DNA of 64,000 bases from Trichoplax adhaerens (taxonomy: Eukaryota; Animalia; Placozoa). Of this stretch, positions 27,698 through 39,492 are shown one piece after another (within the stretch, counting starts at the first letter, position 1; each line of letters starts with the position of its first letter). A model generated the notes under the pieces. That model made no database searches. It was not told the origin of the DNA and saw only the letters and a program-made list of their open reading frames with translations. The DNA is taken from assembly GCF_000150275.1 (NCBI RefSeq), contig NW_002060955.1, positions 1,566,732 to 1,630,731 of the forward strand, given 5' to 3'. A program made the translations under genes and the position numbers.

Positions 27698-30600
27698 TTC
27701 AACAGCAATTAATACTGCTATTAATCAGATTCCATACCATAAATCTATTACATATTGATTGATAACTGTAGCAGAACTAGGTGAACTTGATAAAACATAT
27801 TTATTAATTTATAGCTCTGTTCATAGTAATATCTTGAAGGATTTCATTCTATTTGTAAGGTGAAAAGAATTGCCATTTTTTATACTAGCAGTTCACCCAT
27901 AGTTTATAATCCTTCTCAATTTGGCAAGCTGCTATTCAAGTTACGCCATTGAAACGATTAGCGTGTTTAGAAATTATGATCATAGTATAGAATTCAATTA
28001 ATCGTACAGTTAGCTATTAAAAGTATGAGTTGCAAGAAAGTCTAACCACGCTATTCAAATAACGCATCAGGACTTAGGTAATTGGGGCTGTAATCAAAAA
28101 AAAATAAGCACTCAATTTCATCCAAACTAGCTAAATAAATCAATAAAATTGCGTTACTTTTCCATGATCAGTTGACTAGTAAGAAAATGATGATTAGTGT
28201 ATTATTTTGTGAAGTAGAAATGGTTTATGGAAGGCAAAGATCTCCTAATTGTATTTTTAAGCATTCTTTGACGATTACATCAGTAAATAAAACCACTAAC
28301 TAATAATCATCAATCTATCATCGATAACGCTTTTATTCTAATTATTGTAACAATGTGGAGAAGATTGTCCACCATCTAATATAAATCTTGATAGTGTTCG
28401 CAGATATCAAGTAAAAGCTATCCAATATTTTTCGCAAGAAAGCCATGATTGATTTCTATAGACTGATTAATCATTTATCGGTTAGAAGTTAATAGTTACT
28501 ATTAAAGACTACACTGCATTGATCTAATTTCTTAACAAGACCTTGATGAATAATGTTTAATATACTATTTGCTTCATTGCTATAAGTACTGTTATTAAAT
28601 GATGGGTAAGACTGTGATTATATATAAATAAAATGACTTTTGCTAGATATCTTCTAAACAATTCTACTGACTTATATTATTAAATAAATATATTACGAAG
28701 GCAAAATTTAAATTTAAAGAGCAAGCCATAAATAATTCAAATTCAGAATAAACGATGGAATAAAGTCTTTAAGAGAAAATTCACATTTAACTATGAAGTT
28801 TTTTAGGTATACTGTAATTACTTCTAATTCAGCTAATTCTTTAAATTTTACTACAACAATTGTAATTTACCGTAACTATTTTTCGTCAATAATTTAACGT
28901 AAGAGTTCAAGGTAAAGAGGGTATTGAATGGAAGGGGGATGGTAATTGTTCCACTTTCAAAGCCAAAGTGTATAAATTGTAATTATAAATTAATCCATTT
29001 CGTCATTAAAGTGGAAGTAAAGAGCTTTAATAATGAGAAACAGAAAAAATAAAATAAGAGCAAACATTTTTATTTGACCTTTCTTCATTCACAATTTAGC
29101 AATTATGTCAAAAATTTTCAGTCGATTGCCTTATCATTAGTTAAATATATTTCTATTCTTCCATACGCCTATTTATGAACTGATGCTGACAGGCAACATG
29201 ATATTGCACGATAGCTATTGGATTTCTCAAACTATTTAATTCTTTTAAACACAAGAGCTTGTCTGATATAGCCTATTTAAAAGGTTTTTATTGCTTATGA
29301 TTATAATGGTGCAAAAAAACTGCATACCTTCATGACTTTGTTCAGAAATGATCAATACATATAATGCGAATGCTTAGGCTTAAAATTTTAAATGAAATAA
29401 TAACAAGCTATTGACGTTTATTGCAAGCCAACTAGTCATTTCAAGTTATAGAAATATTTTAATTTCACATTGCATTAGCCGAGACGGTTAGTATAGACAA
29501 TATTTTATAGGCCACAGTCCGCAGATTTTCTCTAACAGAATAATTATATGCTATCTCGTATGGTCGATCTGTACAAATAATGAATCATCGTATTTTCATA
29601 GCTTAAATTAATTAACTTATTCTGATATTTCATTAGTATAATTGATACATGAAATTAAGGAATAAATTATCTGTAGTATTTAAAGAATTGTTAAGAAGCA
29701 GTGGGATATTGCACATGATTATATAAAATAAAACCTACGATTTTTAGTAATTTCAACATGATAATCCATCATAGCTTTAAATAATTTCGATTGAAGAAAG
29801 AAATTTATACTTATTTCGTTACAGTTATAGTTATTTCGTAAATATAAATACTGGCTATCCACCGATGCTTTCCTAGAAACGGTCTTTTATACTTGCGTTA
29901 TCGCCAAGTTAAATTATGCTTCTATCAATCGAAACTTTAAACTGATTGCTAGGTAAGATACTCGCATTCATGTTATGTAAGATAGTATTCGGTATTTGCT
30001 CTTTACTTTAGCATTCTGCAACACTCATAATAACAATTACGAAAATTAAAAAAATGAATGCTACAATTGAAACGTATAGGATATAATGTAGCACTTCTTA
30101 TTCTATCTTGTTCCGTACTTGCATATTCTTGCCGCAATAATTTAAAGCAATTTTGGTCATATAGAAAGCCGTAGGCAAAAAGGTCGTATAAACTCTGTCT
30201 TGTCCAGTTTAATAAACCGATGATAAACAAATATCGGCAGGTGATACTATAATTACGTCATCGTCCTCTAATAAGGAGGTAATAATAAAATTTTTACGTC
30301 ATTGTAGAGCGCGTAAGCACGGATGTACAGGAGGTCTCAGATAAATAAGAAATTGAATTGAATACCTACGGTTGTTATAAGAATAGCTAATTGTCTATAA
30401 ATGGGTGTAGAATATTGTTGCATCTAGATGAGTCAATCATTTATTTCGTGTTTTAAATTACAATATCAAGTTCTATATTACCAGTACCCTTAAAAGCATC
30501 AATAGAACGGATAATTATTCTTATCTTTTCAGAAATGAAGACATGAAGAACAAACGCACAATGAAACAGTTTCCATTCATATTAAAAGCAATAGTTTTGG

Positions 30601-31479
30601 CTGTTGTAGAAAATAATAATGCGTCGAAGTGAATAAATGCTATCCATAAATCTGTAATCGTAATTTCCTGTCTAGAAATTATCAGACTGGATGCTTTAGA
30701 TGGGAGCAATAATATGAATTGATTTAATATTTGTTTACAGCATTTGGCTCCTCTGCCTTCTAGGATTGGTTGTTATCCATATGGAAAGGAAATAATAGTC
30801 CGATATATAATAAAATATTTAAATGACAAAAATTTTTTTGTTATTTTCTCTACTCATTAAAACAGTAAATACAATCAATAAGAACTTTTAGATTGTATCC
30901 TATGACTTATAGCTAGAAATCACGTGCGTAAAGTCGATAGAAGTAGATTATTCAATGTATTCAAATTGTTATGGTAGTCTTTGGTTAACTACAATTATTA
31001 ATCTAAGAGAAATTACAAAATTAACTTCTTAATCTCAATTACGAATTTGGTACTAACTAGTAACCTTCAGGTCAAATAATTTAACCGTAATAAGTCTTAA
31101 TTTAGCAGCTTATTTTGCAAGACTACCATAGTTGTTTGAACATATATACAGTATTACAGTCCATTATTGATTCTGGAAAGGAGTGTATAAGAAAGGATTA
31201 TTAGAGACAATAATTTCTACACTTACATAAAGATATTATAAAATGCGATTATCTATATGGTCAATGTTTTCCCTGATTTTTTAAATTCATTATGTTGATG
31301 ATAAATCGGTGTAATATCTATTAGTTTGATTTTGTTACATGTGTTTAATTAGAACTATTTAAGAAATGTACTCAAGCAAACTATTACTATTAAGAAAAAG
31401 TAAATGGTAACATATCCTGCATTCAGACGTGTAGAAAATAATTTTCCATTCAAAAGCGGAGCCACGATATATCATTACG

Positions 31480-32484
31480 ATGGATTATTTCAATCAAACT
31501 GAACATATTGGTCCAGTGATATCAGCTCTTTACGATTATGGTTCTGCTGTTGCCATTATCCTATTTTCGATAGGTTTAACGATAAATTCATTTTTAATTT
31601 ATGTCATAATGACTGATGCTTATTTCAAGAAATTAACATACCATTTAATTATGCTATCCACCATTTCTGATATTGCTTCAATATTAGCTTCATTATCCAT
31701 TAATATTCAAGTGGTATTACATCGCATCATAAATTATTCCACTGGCATCATTATTTGTAAAATTGTTATGTTTATCATGTCGACATCGTATGCAATCTCT
31801 ATCATGAACTTATGCCTTATAGCGGTAGATCGCTACTTTATCATCATTAGGCCATATTTCCGTATTTATCGGTTATATAAAAAGCGAATTATTTTAACTT
31901 GTGAAATTATATTGTGGATATTGTCGATGTCGATTAATGCTCCTGTCATTCAATACATTACTGTCTATCGTCGAGATCCTGTTTTCTGCGATTTATCCGA
32001 GATTACAATATCTATATCAGTCTACCTTTTTGCTGTTGTCTTCTTGATGTATATTATCCCGACAGTTATGGTAGCCGTTATATATTGGCGGATCATTAAG
32101 CATCAAAAAAATTATGTTCGGCCTGGTGAAACTTCCAATCAAAAGCGTCATGAACTGCAAACGAAAAAGCGTCGATTTATCCAGATGTTACTTAGCATTA
32201 CATTTAGCTACATCGTATCTACATGGCCGTTATTTGCTACTTTCACCGGAATGGCTATAACTCAAAAATCATTTCTGCAAGTAAGAGATAAAAATCTTAT
32301 TGAATTTATTTTGGCCTTCTTTTCTATGATTGCAACAACAAGCATTGCTGTCATCAATCCTACTATATATATTCAATTTGATCACAACATACGAAAGAGA
32401 TTCTTAATTGCATTAAGAAGGATTGGTATCGCGAAATATCACCGATCAACCACGGTAATATCGATATCCGATCGAACGATATAA
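31480..32484 (+). CDS. Intronless class A orphan GPCR, copy 5, 334 aa
   Basis: 7TM pattern, VDRY, TM6 WP, NPTIY, shared family motifs. Confidence 0.95.
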   Translation: MDYFNQTEHIGPVISALYDYGSAVAIILFSIGLTINSFLIYVIMTDAYFKKLTYHLIMLSTISDIASILASLSINIQVVLHRIINYSTGIIICKIVMFIMSTSYAISIMNLCLIAVDRYFIIIRPYFRIYRLYKKRIILTCEIILWILSMSINAPVIQYITVYRRDPVFCDLSEITISISVYLFAVVFLMYIIPTVMVAVIYWRIIKHQKNYVRPGETSNQKRHELQTKKRRFIQMLLSITFSYIVSTWPLFATFTGMAITQKSFLQVRDKNLIEFILAFFSMIATTSIAVINPTIYIQFDHNIRKRFLIALRRIGIAKYHRSTTVISISDRTI

Positions 32485-33241
32485 AGATTGATATTTCATG
32501 ACGTCATTTCTGCTAATTATGTATTTTATAAGCTTTAATAGAGATAGTAAAGATAATATACATTAGCAAAATGGTATAAAGTGATTTGCAATGATCTAAT
32601 TCTGTAGTAACAAAAGGATTTCACGCTTCATGATTTATTAACTCACTTCTTCCAGCGTATCCATTTTATAATCCTTTACATAAACTGTTAAAATAAAATT
32701 AATGCAGTAAGACTGGCATAAAATGAATAATTTATACGTAATAACTAAGGAGTTTGTGCGAAAGGATTAAAAACATTTGGCCGTTTTCCTACTATCAAAT
32801 AGGCGTGAGATGGCTAAATTTTCAATTTGAAAAATGAAATTAATCAGGGCAAAATTAAATATTTTAAATTATAATAATTATATTCAAGATTAGAACAATA
32901 GAACCGTTTCTTGTGTATGATGACGATGATAGATCTCGTACATTTTATTTCGATTCCAATCCTTGTTGGAATGAACTCTATCCCTATTTACCAATGCTCT
33001 TTTATTTATGCTGGCACTTGTTAAATTTTAGTATTCGTGATCCAGTAATGAAGACTATAATTAACTATCTTGTAGTTAACAAAACTTATGTCGTCAGATA
33101 GTAAAACTGTAAAAAGATTGATAAAATTATTTCTAGATTGAAAATAATGTAAAATAGTGACATGACAAGTAATTAAACTATTCCTACGCTATTGATGGGC
33201 TACAGATTGATGAAATAGTTGATATTCGTATCTCAATCTTG

Positions 33242-33440
33242 TTTTCTTAGAACAGCACCAAGTTTAATATTCTAATTTCTTTTGCTATCGATAAAATAGC
33301 AGATGTTCCTCTATCTCTTTTCTTAGCATAGCACCAAGTTTAGTATTTTAATCTTTCATTGCAAATAATATAGCTGCTCTATATCAGTTTTTGTTCATAA
33401 ATAATATCAAGCTTTATTCTTTAATCTTTAGCTAATAATA
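33242..33440. repeat. Degenerate ~75-bp tandem repeat, about 3 copies
   Basis: TTTTCTTAG..AGCACCAAGTTTA.TATT.TAAT at 33242 and 33318, weaker third copy at ~33388. Confidence 0.6.
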
Positions 33441-34877
33441 ACATGGCTAATCCATCTTCTCAAAAATATAATAAGAACTACAGTTTCTTTTAAACTTCAC
33501 TTTATTACATAAGTTTAGGTTCGTCGTACAATTACCAAGGGCTATCTAACTTCAATCAGACTATCTGTCGACTATCTGAATTATTACAACAAAATTTACG
33601 GTTTATATATACAATTAGCTACAGAAAAATTTCAGTTACGCAATCCTATCTTGCTAAATAAGATACAGTCTTACTTTTGAACATTTCATATAGACTGTAA
33701 GTAATGGAAGTCACCAGAAATATCAACCTTCAGGTTATATTTACGCATATATCAAAATCCGTGATGCTGGTATGAAGGCTACTATTGTATGACGTAGCAC
33801 CATAAATATGTCCTGGCTGCTACCAATACATTTGTTCGATTTTCAAAATGGAGAGTGAATAATATTGTAGCTAAACAGGTAAATATAACCATCTATCCCA
33901 ATAATTATTATAATAGAAGGATTTTGTAAATATGAGTTCACTATTACTGTACATCATTTTCTAGCACCACAGGGCCTAACATTGATTATAATTAGTGAAC
34001 ATCGTATATTTAGTAAAATATGGCTTCGATTAATTCCTATTAATTGCGCTTTTATATCAATGCGGTACAGATTTTAAGGATATTTTTTTGATTCCTTTTT
34101 TCCTAATTTTTCAAGGTATTTGATTTTGATTAAAAAGGAAATCATGGTATTTTATTAGCATACAATCCACATAATCGATCATTTCTTTGAGTATCGGTCA
34201 ATTACTCATGCAGTTTCATTACTGCAACAGTGAATAGAAGGAATTTTGACAAGATTACATGAGACTAATGGATGGCTAGGTTAAGCCTGGGTGGATGATT
34301 ATGAAATCAAATTCAATTACTGCTAGCCACAAACTCGAACTTTGCTAACTTTGTTAGTTCATATACGAAAGCAAATTAAAGAATCCGGCTGTTAGGATAA
34401 CCTGCATTTAGAATTGCAATTGCCTAGAACTACATCCAAGCTAAGATCGGTGTTTAAAATAATTCATCCTTTAGTTAGCCACCTAATATTGTAAAGTCCA
34501 TTTCCTCTCTATAGTACCCTAATTTAATCTTGGAAGCGGCCTATAAAAGCGATCGTTTCCCGCTAACTCTACACAATATACATGATTCAATGTCTACATT
34601 CTACATTTTAGCAATCATTCGCTTTTATTTTGATATCACAAGTGCGAATACAGCATATTTTGTTCCATTTTTACGCGATTCTATTCCAAAGGGTGATCGT
34701 CAAATTTGATTATAATTTACAACGATTCTGTATCAGCATCAATCATTAACAATATCACTGTACTCAAGCAGAAAAATATTATAGACATCCCTAGTAAGAA
34801 TAATAGTACAGTATTTTGAAATTTTTTGGCCTATTTCCGACATACTTGTATTAACATTAATAGTCCGAGTAGTACCC

Positions 34878-36099
34878 TCAAGCATTTAAAACAAACTCTG
34901 GCACTTTGGGAGTGGGTATAACGTGAATGGTTTTTCTCACTTTAATAGGTCGGTAAGGAATTGGATTACGAAGTGCTTGCCTTGTATAGGAGACCTTTCC
35001 TTCTACCAGGGCATATAACGTATGATCTCTGCCGATTCCAACCTGAAAAATAAAGCATTAACCATGACATGATTCGAATTCCTATGGACTTGAAATTGAA
35101 TACAGACAGTGTTGATGGCATACATCGTGATGCCAAGCCTACTCTATCTGTGATGTTGGGTATTTGAGTAGACTAATAGTTTAACAGGATGAATTGAAGA
35201 CTGAACATTATTACCAATCATTTAACACGCTATGAAGTAATATCAGGCGGCTTAGCAACTTTGGAGGTGTAATATGTTATGGATGGTAGTACTGTAGTGT
35301 ATCGATTGCAAGCAAGAGTACCGTTGGTTTTTACGAAGGTAGTCATTGGTTAATAGTTATTACGTAACTGATTCAACTGCACTGATTGATTTTAAGGGAA
35401 ACTACAAACACTATCGATTCATTTGAATTCAATTGAATTGGTTAGTAAGCAAAAGTGCAGCTGGCATACGCGCACCATGTATCATTTTGTTAGAAAAGTA
35501 TGCTATCTGTTCGACGTATGGATCCATAGAAAGCGATTTTAATTCTACACTAGATAAAGAAGACATGCAATCTCTTCTATTGGAACCCAGTGTTTCGTTA
35601 TAACAGTAAGTGATCCATAGAGGATGAAGGGGGTAAGAAATAAGCTTACATTTAATCCAGGATGAAATTTAGTCCCTCTTTGCCTCATGATAATATTGCC
35701 AGGGATGACACTCTGACCTAGCGATGCGTTGGTAAGCAAGAAAATTGTTGATTATAGCCTGATTGCCTAACATATTCAATGCTGTGTCTCCAGCAATCAA
35801 TCCATTTCATCTTACCATCGGATTTCTTTGGACCTAATCTTTTCCCAGCAGAACCTCGTCCATTCTTGGATTTACCACCGGATTTTTTGCTCGCACATCG
35901 AATAGTTTGCAACAGACCAAATTGGAGTGTTGGCCGAAAACATGGGCCGCCTACATTGCAATCAAGAGTGTATTCATCATTACCCATTGGCGCCATCGTT
36001 GGCCATTCCTTTTACCCCTATCCACTCAGTTAGCTATCCCACTAATATCTTACGCTTATTACCTTGATAATTGAAGAATATCCTTTGGAGAAGAGACAT
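34878..36099 (-). CDS. MRPL27: Mitochondrial ribosomal protein bL27m; exons 36099-36063, 35950-35816, 35717-35650, 35042-34878
   Basis: Spliced product [77 protein letters not shown] has the L27 signature and a transit-peptide-like N-terminus. All introns are GT-AG and phase-compatible. The first exon is the least certain. Confidence 0.93.
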
Positions 36100-36573
36100 T
36101 TTAGGCAATCATTTCAGTGTTGGATGTTCAGCCAAGACTGCAATGGTGGCCAGTTGGTGTCTGGCTAGTGCTGTCGAGGTCTGATGATAGTTCGACTAGG
36201 GTCACGAGCGAGTAGACTAGTGAGTTTGAAAGTGCAGTGCCAATACAGTCGACTGACTGAGAATTTTAAATCGTATTGGAATCCCTATCAAGTAATCCCT
36301 ACTTAGCTAGTGTACTAGACACTATATAGTCATTTGTATGCAATTCCAGTCAAATATACTCCTTTTTTGAGAATTATATGCTTTACTATGGCTGTACAGC
36401 CCTGTATGGTACACTACTATGTTGACCATCCATTCCAGATTGAAATAACAGTTTAGACTGAATTCACAGATACTGTATCATACACTATATAGCCAATCCT
36501 ATCGAAATCCAGTCAAACTCAAGTACCAAACGACGAATGGCTGCCGTTGCTTTTCTGCTGCCATAAACTCCTT

Positions 36574-38665
36574 GTAAACTCCTTTCTAGTAGTCTAGAGT
36601 ACTACATAAGTGTTTTAATACAGACCGATAGATGTAATTATTCTCTTACAAATGTAGTTTAGCAGTCGAAATGCTCGACAGAATGAGTCTTGAAGGTTCT
36701 TGCATAGTCGATCATCAATGCATGCTGCAATTGAAATCAGGCAGATAGCCTAATAGGAGTAATCAGCCTCTCTGCTAGCCTTCTCCCATGGACTCCTTGT
36801 AAACTCTTTTCTAGTAGTCTACAGTACTACATAGGAGCTGAAAAGTGTTTCAATACAGACCTATAGATGTAATTATTCTCTTACAAATGTAGTTTAGCAG
36901 TCAAAATGCTCGACAGAATGAGTCTTGAAGGTTCTTGCATAGTCGATCATCGATGCGTGCTGCAATTGAAATCGGGCAGATAGCCTAATAGGAGTAATCA
37001 GCCTCTCTGCTAGCCTTCTCTCATGGACTCCTCGTAAACTCTTTTCTAGTAGTCTACAGTACTAACATAGGAGCTGAAAAGTATTTCAATACAGACCGAT
37101 AGATGTAATTATTCTCTTACAAATGTAGTTTAGCAGTCAAAATGCTCGACAGAATGAGTCTTGAAGGTTCTTGCATAGTCGATCATCGATGCATGCTGCA
37201 ATTGAAATCGGGCAGATAGCCTAATAGGAGTAATAGCCTCTCCAATTTAATGTAAACTCTTTTCTAGTAGTCTACAGTACTAACATAGGAGCTGAAAAGT
37301 GTTTCAATACAGACCTATAGATGTAATTATTCTCTTACAAATGTAGTTTAGCAGTCAAAATGCTCGATAGAATGAGTCTTGAAGGTTCTTGCATAGTCGA
37401 TCATCGATGCATGCTGCAATTGAAATCGGGCAGATAGCCTAATAGGAGTAATAGCCTCTCCAATTTAATGTAAACTCTTTTCTAGTAGTCTACAGTACTA
37501 ACATAGGAGCTGAAAAGTATTTCAATACAGACCTATAGATGTAATTATTCTCTTACGATTCTAGCTTAGCCGTCAAAATGTTGGAAAGAATGAGTATTAA
37601 TGGTTCTTGCATAGTTTATCATCAGTGCATGCTGCAATTTGTTCAATCTGCATGTCCATACTAGAATCTGTAGAGTGCATGATGTTACTGAAGTAGCACC
37701 TAGGAAATAATTCGTTACATCGATGAGCTTTGACTATCACCACCCTAGTATGGGTAAAATACTATACAGTATAGACTGGAGATTGAAATAGGGCAGATAG
37801 CCTAATCAGCCTCTCTGCTAGCCTTCTCCCATGGACTCCTTGTAAACTCTTTTCTAGTAGTCTACAGTACTACATAGGAGCTGAAAAGTATTTCAATACA
37901 GACCGATAGATCTAATTATTCTCTTACGATTCTAGCTTAGCCGTCAAAATGTTGGAAACAATGAGTATTAAAGGTTCTTGCATAGTTTATCATCAGTGCA
38001 TGCTGCAATTTGTTCAATCTGCATGTCCATACTAGAATCTGTAGAGTACACGATGCAACTAAAGTAGCACCTAGGAAATAATTCGTTACATCGATGAGCT
38101 TTGTTGGCTAAAATACTGTACAGTACAGTGTATAGGCTGGAAATTGAAATAGGGTCGATAGCCTCTTTGCTAGCCTTCTCCCATGGACACCTTGAAAACT
38201 CCTTTCTAGTGGTCTAGATTACCACATAGGAGCTGTAGAGTGTTTTAATGTAGATCGATAGACCTCATTATTCTCTTGCCATTCCAACCTAGCGGTCAAA
38301 ATGCTCAAAGAAATGAGCGTTGAAGGTTATCCCATTCATTATAATCCAAGCATACTTCTACTTGTTCAATATACATCATTGCGCATACCAAAGCCTGTAG
38401 AGCAAGCTACGCTGTTAAAGTAGCACCTAGTAGCAACTATTCAATCAACATTGTATCCCTATTGCATAAAAGTTGTTCTCTTTCTAGGGAAGGAGTGACA
38501 ACTTTTATGTACAAGGGTACAATTTGGATTGAGTAGTCTTTACACCTTGGAAACAAGGCGTTATAGCAACGTTTACACCCATGAGCTTTAGCCATCACCA
38601 CTCTAGCAAGGGGTAAAATACTGCACTTGACATGGCAGACAGCCTTGATAGCCTCTTACCTAGCC
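36574..38665. repeat. Tandem array of 7 units (four of 218-235 bp, then longer units of 352 bp and up)
   Basis: Unit starts (GTAAACTC..CTAGTAGTCTA) at 36574, 36799, 37034, 37252, 37470, 37842 and 38194. Confidence 0.95.
38438..38563. mobile_element. 126-bp double-hairpin insertion in the last tandem unit
   Basis: Imperfect ~50-bp stem at 38436-38537 plus CCTTG-GAAA-CAAGG hairpin. Flanked by TAGCAAC at 38431-38437 and 38564-38570. Absent from the other units. Confidence 0.6.
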
Positions 38666-38780
38666 TGTTCAGCTAACGGCCAACCGTTTTTTCGATGCTA
38701 ACCTACTTTTATTGACTGTTCATAAAGCGTTTCACACGGTAGTCTTGCATGCCATGGAATCCTTTAGCGGCCATTTTCCC

Positions 38781-39377
38781 ATCCTACATCTAGCCGCTTG
38801 TTTAGTCTCCTCTATATCAACAAGCGTTAGTACCGACAATGTGTAAAGTGATCTGTCACCCTTTCCCTTTCGAACATTACCAATAAATGCTTGGATAAGG
38901 TGACAGCTATTCTACACACTTGACGGGTCTCGCACTGTAATGTATTAGTCTGTTTATACCGTCCTTCAGAATCGATTACTACTATTACTTATTATTACAA
39001 CCACTATATTGCAAATTGCTTCTCCATGGGAGCTGTCGATGCTGATCAATTGATGATAATCCTAATCGTATAATCCTGCATCCAGCCGCTTGTTGAGTCT
39101 CCTCTATATCACCAGGCGTTAGTACCGACAATGTGAAAAATAATCTGTCACCCTTTCCCTTCCGGACATTAGCAATAAATGCTTGGATAAGGTGACACCT
39201 ATTCTACACATATGACGGGTCTCCTACTGTACTGTGTTAGTCTGTACGGTGTATACCGTCCTTCAGAATCGATTACTACTGTTAATTATTACAACCACTA
39301 TATTGCAAGTTGCTGCTCCATGGGAGCTGTCGATGCTGATCAAGTGGTGATAATCCTAATCATATTATCCTCCATCC
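38781..39377. repeat. Tandem duplication, ~292-bp period, immediately upstream of ILK
   Basis: ATCCT.CATC.AGCCGCTTGTT.AGTCTCCTCTATATC starts at 38781 and 39073, and the copies are collinear throughout. Confidence 0.93.
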
Positions 39378-39492
39378 ATTAGGTTAGAACCATTTTTTCT
39401 CACTGTATTCATGCTGTAGACTTTATTCTACTGGTAGTTATCCACTCATTGCTAACCAACGATCTTTGGTTCACTGTAGATCGAGCTTGTCC

